Positions 15,501 through 35,783 of a stretch of 64,000 nt of DNA are shown here, in pieces; position 1 is the stretch's first letter, and each line of letters starts with the position of its first letter. Position numbers and translations under genes: made by a program. The notes beneath the pieces are model-generated. The model was given only the letters and a program-made list of their open reading frames with translations. It was not told where the DNA came from and did no database searches. The stretch spans positions 3,158,587-3,222,586 of the forward strand of contig CM120648.1 of the NCBI GenBank assembly GCA_051362555.1, read 5' to 3'. This stretch comes from Lingula anatina (lineage: Eukaryota > Animalia > Brachiopoda).

Positions 15501-16384
15501 AGTCTTTTAACACACACTTGCTGACCAGAGGCAGAATGTTCTGGATAGAATGTTCTGACCAAAAATGACTGTATTAAGATTGATGATTGATATGATTTAA
15601 GCACCGTTATGTCGTATTAGGGTCAGTAGTGAGCCGAAATCGACGAGCTTGTTTTACGCTTGCAAGAAAACATAAACGGAAAGCAGATTGATTATGTGTT
15701 TTAGCCCAAAATATTTTTCTTACGATGATTGACAGCCTGCAGTTAGACTCGGACAAATTGCACATCTGAATATAAAACATCACACCGGCGTACGAAAAAA
15801 AAATTTGCCCAACTACGAAAACGCAGGGAAGTGAATATTAATTCATTTATATTAAAAAAAGACTTTTGAATAACTTCCTACATGTGCAGGACATAGATCA
15901 GTACTAATGGAATTGAGTTTTGACAGACATTACGTCACGGATCTATCAGCCGTTCGTCAGAGCAAGTTTCTAAGCAAAGGAATTCTAATAATAATCTAAT
16001 AATCTTCATCCACGTGTCCTGACACAGAATAGCTCTCTTGGACAAACGGGGTCGCTGTTTCTCGATCTCCCTGGCAGAACTTATGAAATTTGGTTATTTT
16101 GTTCGCCAAAAATATGGAACATTTCCCTGGCTGTATCTTGGTGATGCAATGTGTTTTCTATCCCAAAAGTAGCCTGCTGACAGACACCAAAAGCAAAGAG
16201 CGTGGAAAAAACTGGATTTCTTGTTCGGTGTATTAGAAATACAGAGGCTCATCGTTGAGGACATTCACGCAGGGATTATCTGTGGGTTTTTCTCTCGGAA
16301 TTCTATATCTATATCGGATTATCTGTCGGGTGGTGGTGGTGGCCTCGGGACACTGAAATCTAAGCGGCGATTCCAATTCCTACC

Positions 16385-23975
<7,591 letters not shown>

Positions 23976-26062
23976 TGATTTAGCTAGCGTAGCTCAGGAT
24001 GGTGCAAGTGTCCGATGCACAATGTTCATATTGCCTACACGCATTATTGTTGGATATCAATAAAGGTGAACGATTATACCAACATCGTTAATGGACAAAA
24101 TCGATCGATAACACTGACGAAACAAAGAAAGCGCACCTGATCACAATAAAAGAAAAAAAATTACCCAGTTATGGCATGGGTTTTTCTTGAATCAGATGCA
24201 TTCTACGATACTAGAGAATATTGACGTTTTCGGTGTATTTTACTTTGCGGTGATTAATGGTGTAATGTGAAGCGTGTAGTGATGACGTTTACGGAAAATA
24301 AAGCTTTATTACGTAACGGATATGCTGATGACGTAAAAGGGAAATAAGTATGAAGAAAACCCCATGGTTGTGTAATTTTTGTTAAATTAAATGATAGCAA
24401 AGTATGAAGGAAAAAGCAATCAGTTTATTTGTACGTAGCATGCAATGATGTTTTATATGGTGTTGGTGAATGTAAGATGTATTTGATCTCTACTTAAGAT
24501 AATAATTTGATCTATGATATACATGATCTACCTATTCATAAATACAATTAATATCAGTCATGAGGTGGAGATCTTTAAGTTTCTTTAAACCACATCTGAA
24601 GAATGGGCTGTCTCTTATCTCAACACCAGATGGAACATTGTCGTGTTTTTATTCTGCATAATCGTGTTTAAATTTCCTTTTTTTAATTCCTCTGTTTGTA
24701 TTGTATTATTGCTCATACAATTAACGTGTTAACTTGGAAGGAATTATTCATCAGTTGCAGTTGACTTATAAATGTATGAATAGCCTATTTAAAGGATTGT
24801 TTAAATCACAGCTATATTTGCACAGTTGGTGGCTGATACGTCGTCACATAATTATAGACTTAAAGGCCTTAGGTCTAGCTTCGAAAGAAGTAAATTCTAC
24901 TACTTCTATAATAATCATTATCAAAAGAAGAACATATATTTATTGCCGTTATTCAACATTTAAATCCGCACAAAATAAACGTCATTTTTATTTTATGAGC
25001 AAGGTATATTATGATTCATTGCCTTGTTTTTTTATTTTGAGTATTTAGTTATTAGTTCATTTTTCCTTTGTTTTTACCTTATTGACACAGCATGAAAACG
25101 CCAATTCCATTCATGCTACATAGTGATGTGCTTTATTTTAGTTGTTTGTAAATTAGTGGACATGGACGGGCAATATCATATCAGCTGTGACGTCACAATT
25201 AATACATGTCTATTCAAAATCTAAGGTCTGACAGTATTAGTAAAGGACCGTTCAAAATGAGTGACGTTGCAATGGCTACTGAGCACCAAGTCTGCAGGTA
25301 CTGTAGCTGAATGCCTTACTGCGACTGTTGAGATAACAAGATCCCGCCTCACTGCGGCAGTTGAAATCCCACAAAATATCTACGTAGTAAATAATGCACT
25401 GTCCACGAGCCCGATATCACGATAGCAGGCCGAGCTCCAGCGAGGCATGCTATCGTGGATATCGGGCGAGGGGGTAACAGTGCATTATTTGTCATACATA
25501 CAAAGGGAAATCGTGCGTGTTCCCCACCCAAAACCCCTAACTTTGAATAGAACACGCTGATATCACCGCGCATGGGGTGATATCAAAAAATGGACTTTCC
25601 CCGCGTTTACTGCCTAATTGCGGTCACCGTCCAATCATCTTCGTTTGCGTTAGTGGTTTTCTGAGTAGTTGGCCGATTTCCTGCCCATCTTCCGCACGTG
25701 GCAGTCACTCCGTCTCATTCATTGTATCGGTCCCTGCAATCCTTTTGTTTTGATATCAGCCCCGTGGTATGTATTGGGAAATAATGTACATAATTAGTGT
25801 ATTTATTTTCTGTATCACCAAACAACTCATTCCCTACAAACTGCAGTCAAAAAGAATTTCCAAGTGAACACGGAACCGTTGGTTTGCAGGTATTTTTTAT
25901 TAATAGAAACTAAGTGGAACTCTGTTCATTTTGACCAAGAGGAACAAAACTATAACCAAATGTGAAGATATCCATCTATTTATTTCAATAATATATAAAA
26001 CGATGCGAAAGAGTAATAATTTCTCTAAATTCTTGCCGTCACAACTGTCTACACATCGTGTC

Positions 26063-27980
26063 TTAACCCACGAGGGGTCCTGTTCCCTGAGAGGAGCACT
26101 GAGTGGCAGAGCAGGGGTACGTTGGTCTGTCCGTTGTCGTGCGAACAGGACAGGAGACGCACACCGTTTTTTTATAGCTGATCCCCAACCAGCTCTTGAA
26201 CCTGGTATTGACCTCCCATGTTGCGCTGACCTCCCCGTCCCCAAGCGGTATCCCCTGCTTGAAGCCACAAGCACACTTACTGCCTTTCAAAGCGCTAGAG
26301 GTAGCCACCTTCTTCGTCATGACGCACGTATGAGCAGACCAGTCATCGAATATGTCATCGGGGCACGTGACGTCATATGTTACCCCAGCAAAGTCTATTT
26401 CAAATTGGGCCTCTTTTTCCCAAAAGTATATCGGGAACTGCATGTTACGGCAACTGCACTCGGAAAAGATGTTAATTGGGCGGACCGTAGATCGGGCAGG
26501 GGCAGGGGAAAACGTGTGGGAACTTGAGGGAAGAATTGGGCCTGGTGTCCCCTTCGTCACCCCGGGCACTTCAGTGGGCGATGTTGGAACCGAGATTTTG
26601 CCAGGTTTTGTCACGCCAGTGACGTCAGGAACAAAGGCGTTTCTACCATAATATGCAATAGTTTGTCGACAATTACCGGCAGATGGCGACTGCTGTGGTG
26701 GTTGGCTGGACGTACCATAAACGGCTAGTTTCAGGTCATACAATATGCCTATAACAAATGACATGAGATACATTAAATTCCAGGCCTTTAGCACTAAATT
26801 TAATTTTAATTATATCCCACTAAATAAAAAACGAACTTAACGCCTAACGGGTTCATACTTCTTCTTCAGCCTTCACAAAAAAAAAAAAAAAAAAAAAAAC
26901 TAGCATATTAGTTTTATATTCAATAAGACTTAAGCTTTGAATTAAGTCTCTTGGTCGTTGGCTGCCTTATATTACAAGTATTCCGTCCTTTACATATATG
27001 ACCTGGACATGGATCGCATACCTGAATGACCTTGACCTGGATACAAGCTGTCCACGTGCACCTTCCAGGCGCCTTGTGACCGCTCTCCCCAAAACTGGAC
27101 AGTTGAGACGTTTAGCTCAAGGTAGCGAGACCATTGGTCATTTGGTCGTCCTGGTATCAATATGGACCGCGTTCCCGAAGGAGATTCCAGGTCCACTTTG
27201 ACGTAGCCTCTCTTGGTGAACCTGACCAGCACGTAAACCTGCACGTGTTCTACGTAACTGACGTCACAATCGGCTGGGATTTCCATACCCAGGACATCGG
27301 GGACAGTGCTACACCGGTTAAGAATCAGATATGTGGATGTTCAGGAATGCGAATAATACATTTTAATTTAATTTGGGAAGTACAGTATAGCAATGAAAAC
27401 CGTTCACAGATACGGAAGAACAGAAGTAAGAAACCGGTTGCACCTGTATATACTGTAGTGATTTACATGTTGTACGTGAGTGCTTATGAATAATAGTCTT
27501 TTTTTCATTAAATCACAGAAAAGGAAGAATTGACCACCATGCACCGTCTTAAAATCTGCGCCAATTGTGTTTCCTTTGAAAGGGAATCATAGGACCAAAG
27601 ATCGTTGTTTTGATTTGGACTATCCAACTTACGTGTTGATGTTTCGTTTACTGAGGATACACATCGTCAAAGACGGTACATGTTTCCAGTTCTCGGCGAA
27701 CTTTACCATCTTTTCTGCGTCCAGTAAGCCAAACCCGAATGCACTGCTTACTGTAAGATAAAATGTTTGTTAACACATTAACTCAGTGGTCAGCGGCGGG
27801 CCGGGAGAGGGACACAGCAGGACCCGGTTTCGCGAAAAAAATTAGTCTGGTTCCCTGGCTTAACTTAATTACATGTGCCAACGTTACATGGTCGAATGCG
27901 CACATCTTAACTTATCAGGAACAGTGTTACTGCCCTCTCGTGGAAATCCTAGTCAACTACTGTCTAGGGTAGGGAATTAA

Positions 27981-28014
<34 letters not shown>

Positions 28015-30206
28015 CAGCAAGCCGTGCGCCCCCAAACTTAGTTTCGGAGGAATCCCCTTCTGCCCAGGACAAATTCTGAACTAAACGAAACAAGTCCAAA
28101 CCAAGTCATTTAGCATCCATGTTTCATAAACGGTACAGTATAAATATAATTAGTTGTTATCGTTATAATAAAGCGAGTGCATAATGAAGCGAGGCGATGT
28201 TTTACCCTTGCCCCCTTCCCACGAGATCCAGGATCATCCATTAGTGGCATATCTAATTTTAGCACTCCTTTAACAATTGCAAACTTCATATGGTGTCATT
28301 ATTTAATAATTCAAATATTTTAATCCGAATCATTACAATTTAATAAACTTGAAAAAATTTGAAAATAAAATAAGAAAGGGGGGGGGGGGGGGGGACCCAG
28401 TGGACCTAACCACGTGTGCAAGTATAATATTGGTCAGTTCACCGTACCTTTAACTCCAGCGCCATTCGTATTCCACAAGTCCTCCTGACCAAACTGGTTA
28501 TTGGCCGTGGTCACTATCAGGTGCTGGACATCACGAGCGGTCAGTGAGGGACTGGTTGAAGAATGATATCCTTCCGTTAATGTGATGATTGACTTAACTT
28601 TACTTAAAATGTCTTAAAATCAATGGGCAAGTACTAAATAGAATTAATGGCATACACACACAAGTAAGTGCCACTGGCTGAAACATAACGATCATTTAGT
28701 GAGTTTATCTATCGCCCAAGTGGATTATAGTTAACTTACTTAGCTTCCAAAGCCAAGGCAAGGATGCCCGCGGCAAGTGGTGCCGCAGCAGACGACTCTC
28801 CGAAGTCATCCAGACAAGAACTTGAGTACCCCGTACCTGGAGCGATCTGGAAATATATAGACTCCATGCTAAGAATATGATACCTGTACATGTAAATATC
28901 ATACTCACAACAACCATTCGATGAAAATGCATACAATGAAAATATTTAGGAAAATACGTGCGTAGGTTATGTCAACAATACGAAGTGTGTGTGTGCGTTT
29001 GTGTGTGTGCGTTTGTGTGGGTGTGTGCGCATTTTTTCTACAATACAATTTTTTTACAATAATATAAATATAACATTTAAATACAATTTTCTCCCAAGTC
29101 CAGTCATCGGTAGAATCTCGCGAGAACGCGGTCGCCATCATGGCCCCACACTGTTCCCCATTTGTCAACTTTTCTCCGCGTGACGTCAGTCCACTGACTG
29201 GGATGGTGTAGATGCTGTTGGCAAACCCGTCATATGCGCAGCTGTCTTTGCCGCCGGACCCGCCATTACCGGAAGCGAACACATAGACTGAACCCTTTCC
29301 GTTGCGTCCCTGAAAAGAAAATAGAGAAGTAAAATGATGCAAAAGTATGCTCGTGAATGTCAGCACTATGCCACATTATCACAACTGACACAAGGATTTA
29401 TTTTCACCGCCAGCGCAATGTCACATGATCACAGCCAGCGCAATGTCACATGATCACAGCTAACGCAATGCGCAATGCACAATGAGCCATTGGGGTGGTA
29501 ATAACTCTAAGTTTATCTGTTGTTTAAAACTTTCTAGTTGTTTTGAAGGAATAACAGGGCGTTTAAGATCATTTTCACAACGTACACGAACCCTGCTATC
29601 ATATAACAACATTCTACCTTGATCGCGCCATCTCTTAAGGCCGCCGCAGCCATCGGTCCTATCTCCTTAAGATCGAATCCCGTTCTGGCCATACCCCAGC
29701 TGCAGCTGTAGATGCTGACATCGTTCCCGAAGGCACCCAGAGCTCTAGCCTCCATGAGGTCTGTCGTGGGGGAGTCTCCGTACAGGCGGATGCCAACTAT
29801 TCTGGCATCAGGAGCCACGCCCACTCCACAGACAATGTTAGCAGCGGCGGCAATTATACCTGCAGCGCTGGTGCCGTGACTGAATGAAAAGTGCGGGTTG
29901 ATTTGATTTAAAGACCGTGTTTGCATTTATGATAGGACAGCCATTCTTATTTACTATAAAAGGTTGTCTGATCTGTGTTGGATAGTTATTTTTATATACG
30001 TCATGATAATCTGACCAAGCTGAGTTAAGAAATGTTAACCCGTCTCAATAATTGCTCAACAATATTTATTATAAGCATCCCTGTAAGAAATAGACAATTG
30101 TGATATCTTACCTGTCACCAAAATTGGGATCGGAAATACCTTATTGGTCTTTCTGGAGGTCAAGGCTCAGGCTCAAATCCTAGAAATAACGAAAGGTAAA
30201 CAAATA

Positions 30207-30260
<54 letters not shown>

Positions 30261-30591
30261 GTGTGTTGCGAGTGTGTTTATGCCATCCGTTCTGCGCTCC
30301 TGTATGCATAGCTGCGTAAATTGCGTGTTAATAAGAAAATTTTCTCTGCCAGATTCAGTCAATGCTGATTTGACAAGAAGGTGCTGTTCAAATGTATATT
30401 TATGCGTTACAACTCACTATTTTGTCGCTCAGGTCTCTGTGAGTCGAAAGCACGCCATCGTCGACGACAGCCACTGTCACGTTCTTCCCTGTTCTGCACA
30501 GTGACCATGCCTTAGCTATGTTTGTGTCAAGCGTCTTGCCGCTGTCCTGCGAGACAATAAAGCGATACCGTATTATATATATATTCAATGC

Positions 30592-30644
<53 letters not shown>

Positions 30645-31489
30645 GATACCGTTAAAGGAAACCACTCAAATTCAAAATTGGTATCTAAGTTCCTAACCAG
30701 TTTGAGTACTTTTATCTATGAGATATCTCTAGAAACCCTCTCATTAAGTTGCCGTCAGTCACAAACACCAACTATTTATGAATTTTTGTAGAACATTATA
30801 ACAAAATAAATATTTATCAAAGTTTAATGTCCAAACAATGTATATCTACGTATCAATAAAAATACCCTTAAGACACCAGTCCGAGCTCAATAATAATGAT
30901 AATAAAATAATAACAATAGACAGAGAGATAGCCATGTATTTTGACAAGTGTACAATACAGTAAGGACGTTCAATTCCACTCCTACCATATACCACCGTTG
31001 GTTGTCCCATCTTGGGTCTGCTATGTTGAACGTGCCGGAGGCTGACCTGGCAAACAGTGCCCTTGATTCAGTTCCCTGTCCCTTCACGAGGCTGAGAAGA
31101 TCGAAACACAAAATGTATCCTGTTTTGCTACATTGTACGTACGTGTATCGAGGTAGTGTTAATTGTGATTAAAGGTGCATGACTACCTTTCATGTACAAA
31201 TGCTTGGTTTTTTTCTACTCATTTTTTTTTCATTTGCGTTTGGCTGAGAATAATTTCAAGCGACCTGAAACGGTTACGCACTCTTTATCAGAACACGTGC
31301 TACTTTTAACTATTAATCTGTGGTTAGGTCATTCTAAAAATAAAGCAGGGATTAAACATTTTTTCCAAAACAATGTTCTCCTCAAATGCCAAATTGACCC
31401 AGCGATTCAAAATCATACCTTAGTCCTAGGACACAAAACACCATTATAGTAAAGTTGACCACACCGTTTGCCATTGTTCGCTGTTCCAT
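26063..31489 (-). CDS. PC-A: divergent kexin/furin-family (S8B) proprotein-convertase-like gene with signal peptide, S8 catalytic domain, P domain and Cys-rich tail. It has no prodomain and one in-frame TAA (possible null allele, young pseudogene or sequence error).
   Basis: Exons (-): 31489-31419, 31091-30986, 30546-30418, 30179-30112, 29879-29618, 29309-29085, 28846-28740, 28551-28448, 27750-27633, 27308-27022, 26748-26063 (2163 nt, phases consistent). Motifs VAVVDDG, HGTSAAG, CGVGVA, ASGNGG, ESSAAAPLAAG, RDVQHL, FGFGLLDA, VEHVQV, SPSGTRS, FWGE..QGAW. TAA at 30143-30141. Confidence 0.88.
30211..30256. repeat. (CT)n microsatellite
   Basis: Pure CT run in a PC-A intron. Confidence 0.9.
30594..30640. 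repeat. (AT)n microsatellite
   Basis: Pure AT run in a PC-A intron. Confidence 0.9.
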
Positions 31490-32516
31490 GTTTCAACCGT
31501 GAGATACGATAGATCTCTTCCATCTGGCGCATATGACCGCTGCTAATATAGAAGTCGGTTACATGAATTGGAAGCGTAGGTGTGAATTGATCATATTGCA
31601 TTTGTTTCTCTATGCAGAACATGCATGTTCATTAGTGCACTCAAATGATGGATCCTGGGTGGGTGGGGGGGATGATGACTGACCACGTACCCCTCATAGC
31701 TTTGAAGATAACCCCTATTCTCATCTATCCCTCTCTTTAAACCAGTAAATAAGCGACATGAGTTAAAGCCAATCAATTCAATGGAAAAATGTCCTCGTGT
31801 ACTTATTTAAATATATATAAGAGAGCGAAGCGAGATACTCCTTTTTTATTTTACGCTCCCTCCTCCACTCCTTGTTTTAGGTATATCCTGGATCATTTGG
31901 TGTAACGGGTGAAAAGTTGCTTCTGGGCGTTTGTTGCTTGTTCCGGTTGCTTACAGTCTGTTCAATATATACAGTGATAGAAAGTAAAATGTGTGTTGTA
32001 AAGTAGGTAAAATACAAAAGGGGTACCCTTTGTAACAATTCACTGTTGGTTTAGAGAAGATGCCTGTATGTATGTGTATGACAGTAAAATGAAATTTCGT
32101 AAGACCATAGGAAAATTGATGCAGAAAGGGACTTTTCTAAAAATGAACCAAAAAATGTCAGTTGAGAAAGGAGGGAAGGGACGAACCCCCCCCCCCCCCC
32201 TGTTTAAGGAATTAACAGCCCTGATATGCCACCAGCACCTTTGAAGTCACGATTAACGCTTAATACCACGAACTAATATTTTTTATGGACATATTGCACA
32301 ATTATAATTGAAGCCACTTCTTCGGTAGATCCTGGATCAACAAGGACACGAGGATCACGACAGTGCGAACTAGTGCTGGAGATATAAAGACGTGGGTGTC
32401 GATACAGCTCAATCTGTCCTCCCGTTTGCCAACAGATAAGGAAGCCACAGAGCTTACACGGTAGCAAACAGGTAACTTGTGTGGATCTCAGCAACGAAGA
32501 AAGAGTCAGAGAGAAG
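31490..32516. promoter_or_regulatory. Candidate bidirectional promoter between PC-A and PC-B
   Basis: About 1 kb separates the divergent start codons. TATAAA lies at ~32384-32389, about 130 bp before the PC-B ATG. Confidence 0.45.
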
Positions 32517-35500
32517 ATGGTGTGGTTCTTCGCACTATGGTCGTTGTGCTTTATTATTACTGCCGAATGCAGGTAAGCCGAGGGATTAAATTTATTCTTA
32601 CACCAACGACCGATGTTATACTGTAGTTTCAATGATTTTTTTTCTGTTTCTTTTTTTTTTTTTTTTTTTGTGGGCATTTCGCAAAAGATTTTTCACAATA
32701 TTTGATGTATAGTTCTGGAACGACAGTTATTTAGGAGAAAAAGATGCGTTTTTAGGTACACCCAAATTCGAATCTCTTAATATTTTAGAGTTATTTAAAT
32801 TTTATTGTTATCTATATTTTGTCTTAGTTGTGGCGGAGTCCTGCGTTGTAGGAGGCTTCCAAAGTATATGAATCTTTTAGGCATGAAAACGTGTTGACTA
32901 GGTCTTCCAATAACCAACAACAGGATACTTTGTTACTCTTATTAAATTTTGCCTTGTGGAATTTGGGTTTGTAAACGTATCGATAAAAAACATAAAAATA
33001 AAACCAAAACTGTTTTTAACGGATATAGGAAACTGCCGGGCGGTATATGTTCCTGTTCCACGGCCCAGTTAAAAAAAAAAAAGGTATCCTGCTTTCAATA
33101 CTGTTTCGAAGAACATATGAGCAAAGTTGGTGAGAATTGCTCATTCAGTTATGTCAACAACATAAATTGTGAGCCAGCCATTCGTAAAAAGTTTCGTTAC
33201 CAGCATCGCAAATTAAAGTTGACTTCGCATAGTCGGCTATCTGATTTTAGACATCTCAGCCAAGTCTTAGTCCTTGTGTGAAGTCTGCTACAACAGATTT
33301 TCCCTTGACTTTGACATGCATGAAAGATAATACCTGTAGAGCTGTAATTTGCCTCATTTTCTTACAGATATCCATACTACAGGCCTTCTTACACCAACCA
33401 ATGGGCTGTAAAAATTCTTGGAGGCAATGAGGGGGCTAGGCGCCTCGCCATCAAATATGGGTTTGACTACGAGGATAAGGTTAGTAATTATAATTACAGT
33501 ATGGGGCAGAAATTGTTGAGTATTTATTTCATCAGAAAGAAAGTACAATATTATAGACCTAAAGTAATTTGGTAGGGGATTCTCGCTAAATTGCCCTCCG
33601 TTTAAGTAGCTTACATATCTGGCACGCCTAATGAAGCTGCTAATAGTTAATTACCCCCTAACAGCTTCAGTAGGCGTGTCAGACAAAAAAAATCCCCTCC
33701 GCTAGATCGAACAAGGTATGGGAATGAGGTCTTAGTGATGTAGATTCAAGGAACATTAAAATAAGAGCAATCCTCGGCCAGAATGGGCTCAGAACTGTAA
33801 TTGGGTCAAAAAAACCCTGTAATTAAGTTGCATAATAATGGGTCTTATGGTCATTTTTCGGTCCCCAAAGCTTTTAACCTGAACCCACCCATGCAGTGTA
33901 AATTTAAAATCAAGTGAATATTACTGAAGGATTTCAAGTTATGATTCAGTTCAATTCAATTCAATTCAAACTAAGCCATCTTATACCATGCGATCTATCT
34001 ATCTAAGTATCAGTGGGCGGCCGGAGGGATAAGTTACACTGTTTATGGTGACCTGATCGTAACCAGGTCACTTGTGAAGATGGGGTATATGTACCCTCTG
34101 CCAGGGTGGCAGATATTATAGAGAAAAATGGGGGGAAAAAACAAATAACCGTCAATTTATTTAAAGACATATCTGTGATTATCTTGTGAAAAATCAATCT
34201 GTCGCCCTGGTAGAGGGTAAGGCATATGTGCCGTGTTCAGTCGAACCAACTTCAGTAACAACACATCTTAAGTCTCACAACCAAAGAAACTATGCCATAT
34301 CATCCTTTAAGCTGCTTACTTGATTATGTTGATTACGGAGTCATGACATTTAGTTTACTAACCACGATGTGTCAGATAAGAAAGGGCTGTAGTATGTAAG
34401 ACGAGAGCTTAAGACAAGGTTAGACGATCGGATAGGAGTTTATATATTACAAGAAATGCCCAATTCATAAGCAGAAAGGGCGCCATTTTGAAGAGAGCAC
34501 CTTACCTAGGTTAAAAAAAACTGGCAACATTTTCAAGATTTTTTTTGTCCGTAGGTATTACTTTCAGACTAATGTGATAATATGGTCTAAAGTTTCAGCT
34601 CTGATCAATAGCAGTCTCCTTCCCGTTATAAAATGCAGACAAAAGAGTTCCTAAACTCTCACCTCATTACATTTGTTGAAAAATTCACAATTTTGCCTTT
34701 GGAAACTCGATCGCCTCCTTTTCCTTTTCCATATATCAAAGTAATACTGTAGGGCAAAATACTCGTATATCAACCAATCCGAATAGTTCCAGATCCTCCT
34801 CAGTGTTCCTAATCTACCAAGGCTGCATTTGATATTTGGAACGATCCCATCTCTAAAAAAAAACGCCGTATTATTACAGATGTGTATTTCTTGATATTCA
34901 TGCCCAGACAGGAGCGGATCCAGAAATATTTGAAGGGGGTGTTATTTAGGCATGGGAGTGCTTGCGGGTATGAAACCTACTTTTTAATTGTTACCTATGA
35001 AGTGGAATATAATATATTATATCTATAGATATTCGAGGACATCTATTCGTTCACATCATGTTCAAACTCCATCACCAGAAAGACGCTACCGTCCATCGTA
35101 AACTGAGTGAAGAAGACAGCATAAGTAATTAAGAAGTCTGAGACGTTTTTCCTGAATCATATATGCATTCAAAGAGTGAAGTTCAATATAACAATATATA
35201 ATCAAACACAACTAAATTATGTCACTTCTGTTTTCTAGTGTATTCAATCTATCATTCCCGTTCACTAGCCAGGTATGTGCCTTCGTCATTTTTCAATTAT
35301 TCCCAGCGAAGGTACCACATACCATGTATGCCACAAGTGACTTTGCCTTTAGGCACGTATGCAGTAAACAAAGCCAATACATGTTTCACTTTTGCAGTGG
35401 ACGCAACAGCAGACAGCAGTCAAAAGACAACTAGCGAAATATGGAAATCTCAACGTGAACGACCCATCTTGGTACTACCAGCAGTGGTACATGGTAAGTT

Positions 35501-35741
35501 TGACCTTTGACCTTCAAGGTTGACCTTGGGGAGTGTGTCAAGCGGTTCTGGGTTTGACAGATAAACTTTTTGGCAGGTCACACGTAGAAGAGTGTGAAGC
35601 ATATGCGTGCGTATGTGCGTACATACAGTGTACGTAGGGATTTCAGATTCACGTATACACGTACGATGCATTCAGATACCAGTAACAGCGCTTTGTGTTT
35701 TCAGTATTGCTCGATACTGCGAGTACCACACGGTCCACTTA

Positions 35742-35783
<42 letters not shown>

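Noticed and set aside
25931-26651. 198-aa and 99-aa plus-strand ORFs
   Set aside because: They are antisense shadows of the last PC-A exon and have no recognisable motifs.
27779-27836. tRNA/SINE-like head (TAACTCAGTGG..GGTTTCG)
   Set aside because: No cloverleaf could be folded and the B box is degenerate; at most a SINE relic.
30141-30143. Stop-codon recoding (selenocysteine or readthrough) in PC-A
   Set aside because: The codon is TAA rather than TGA, lacks a leaky context, and aligns to Ala in the paralogue.
35219-35434. ORF MSLLFSSVFNLSF.. as the PC-B start
   Set aside because: A better signal-peptide exon (32517) and a clear prodomain exon (33368) lie upstream with matching phases.
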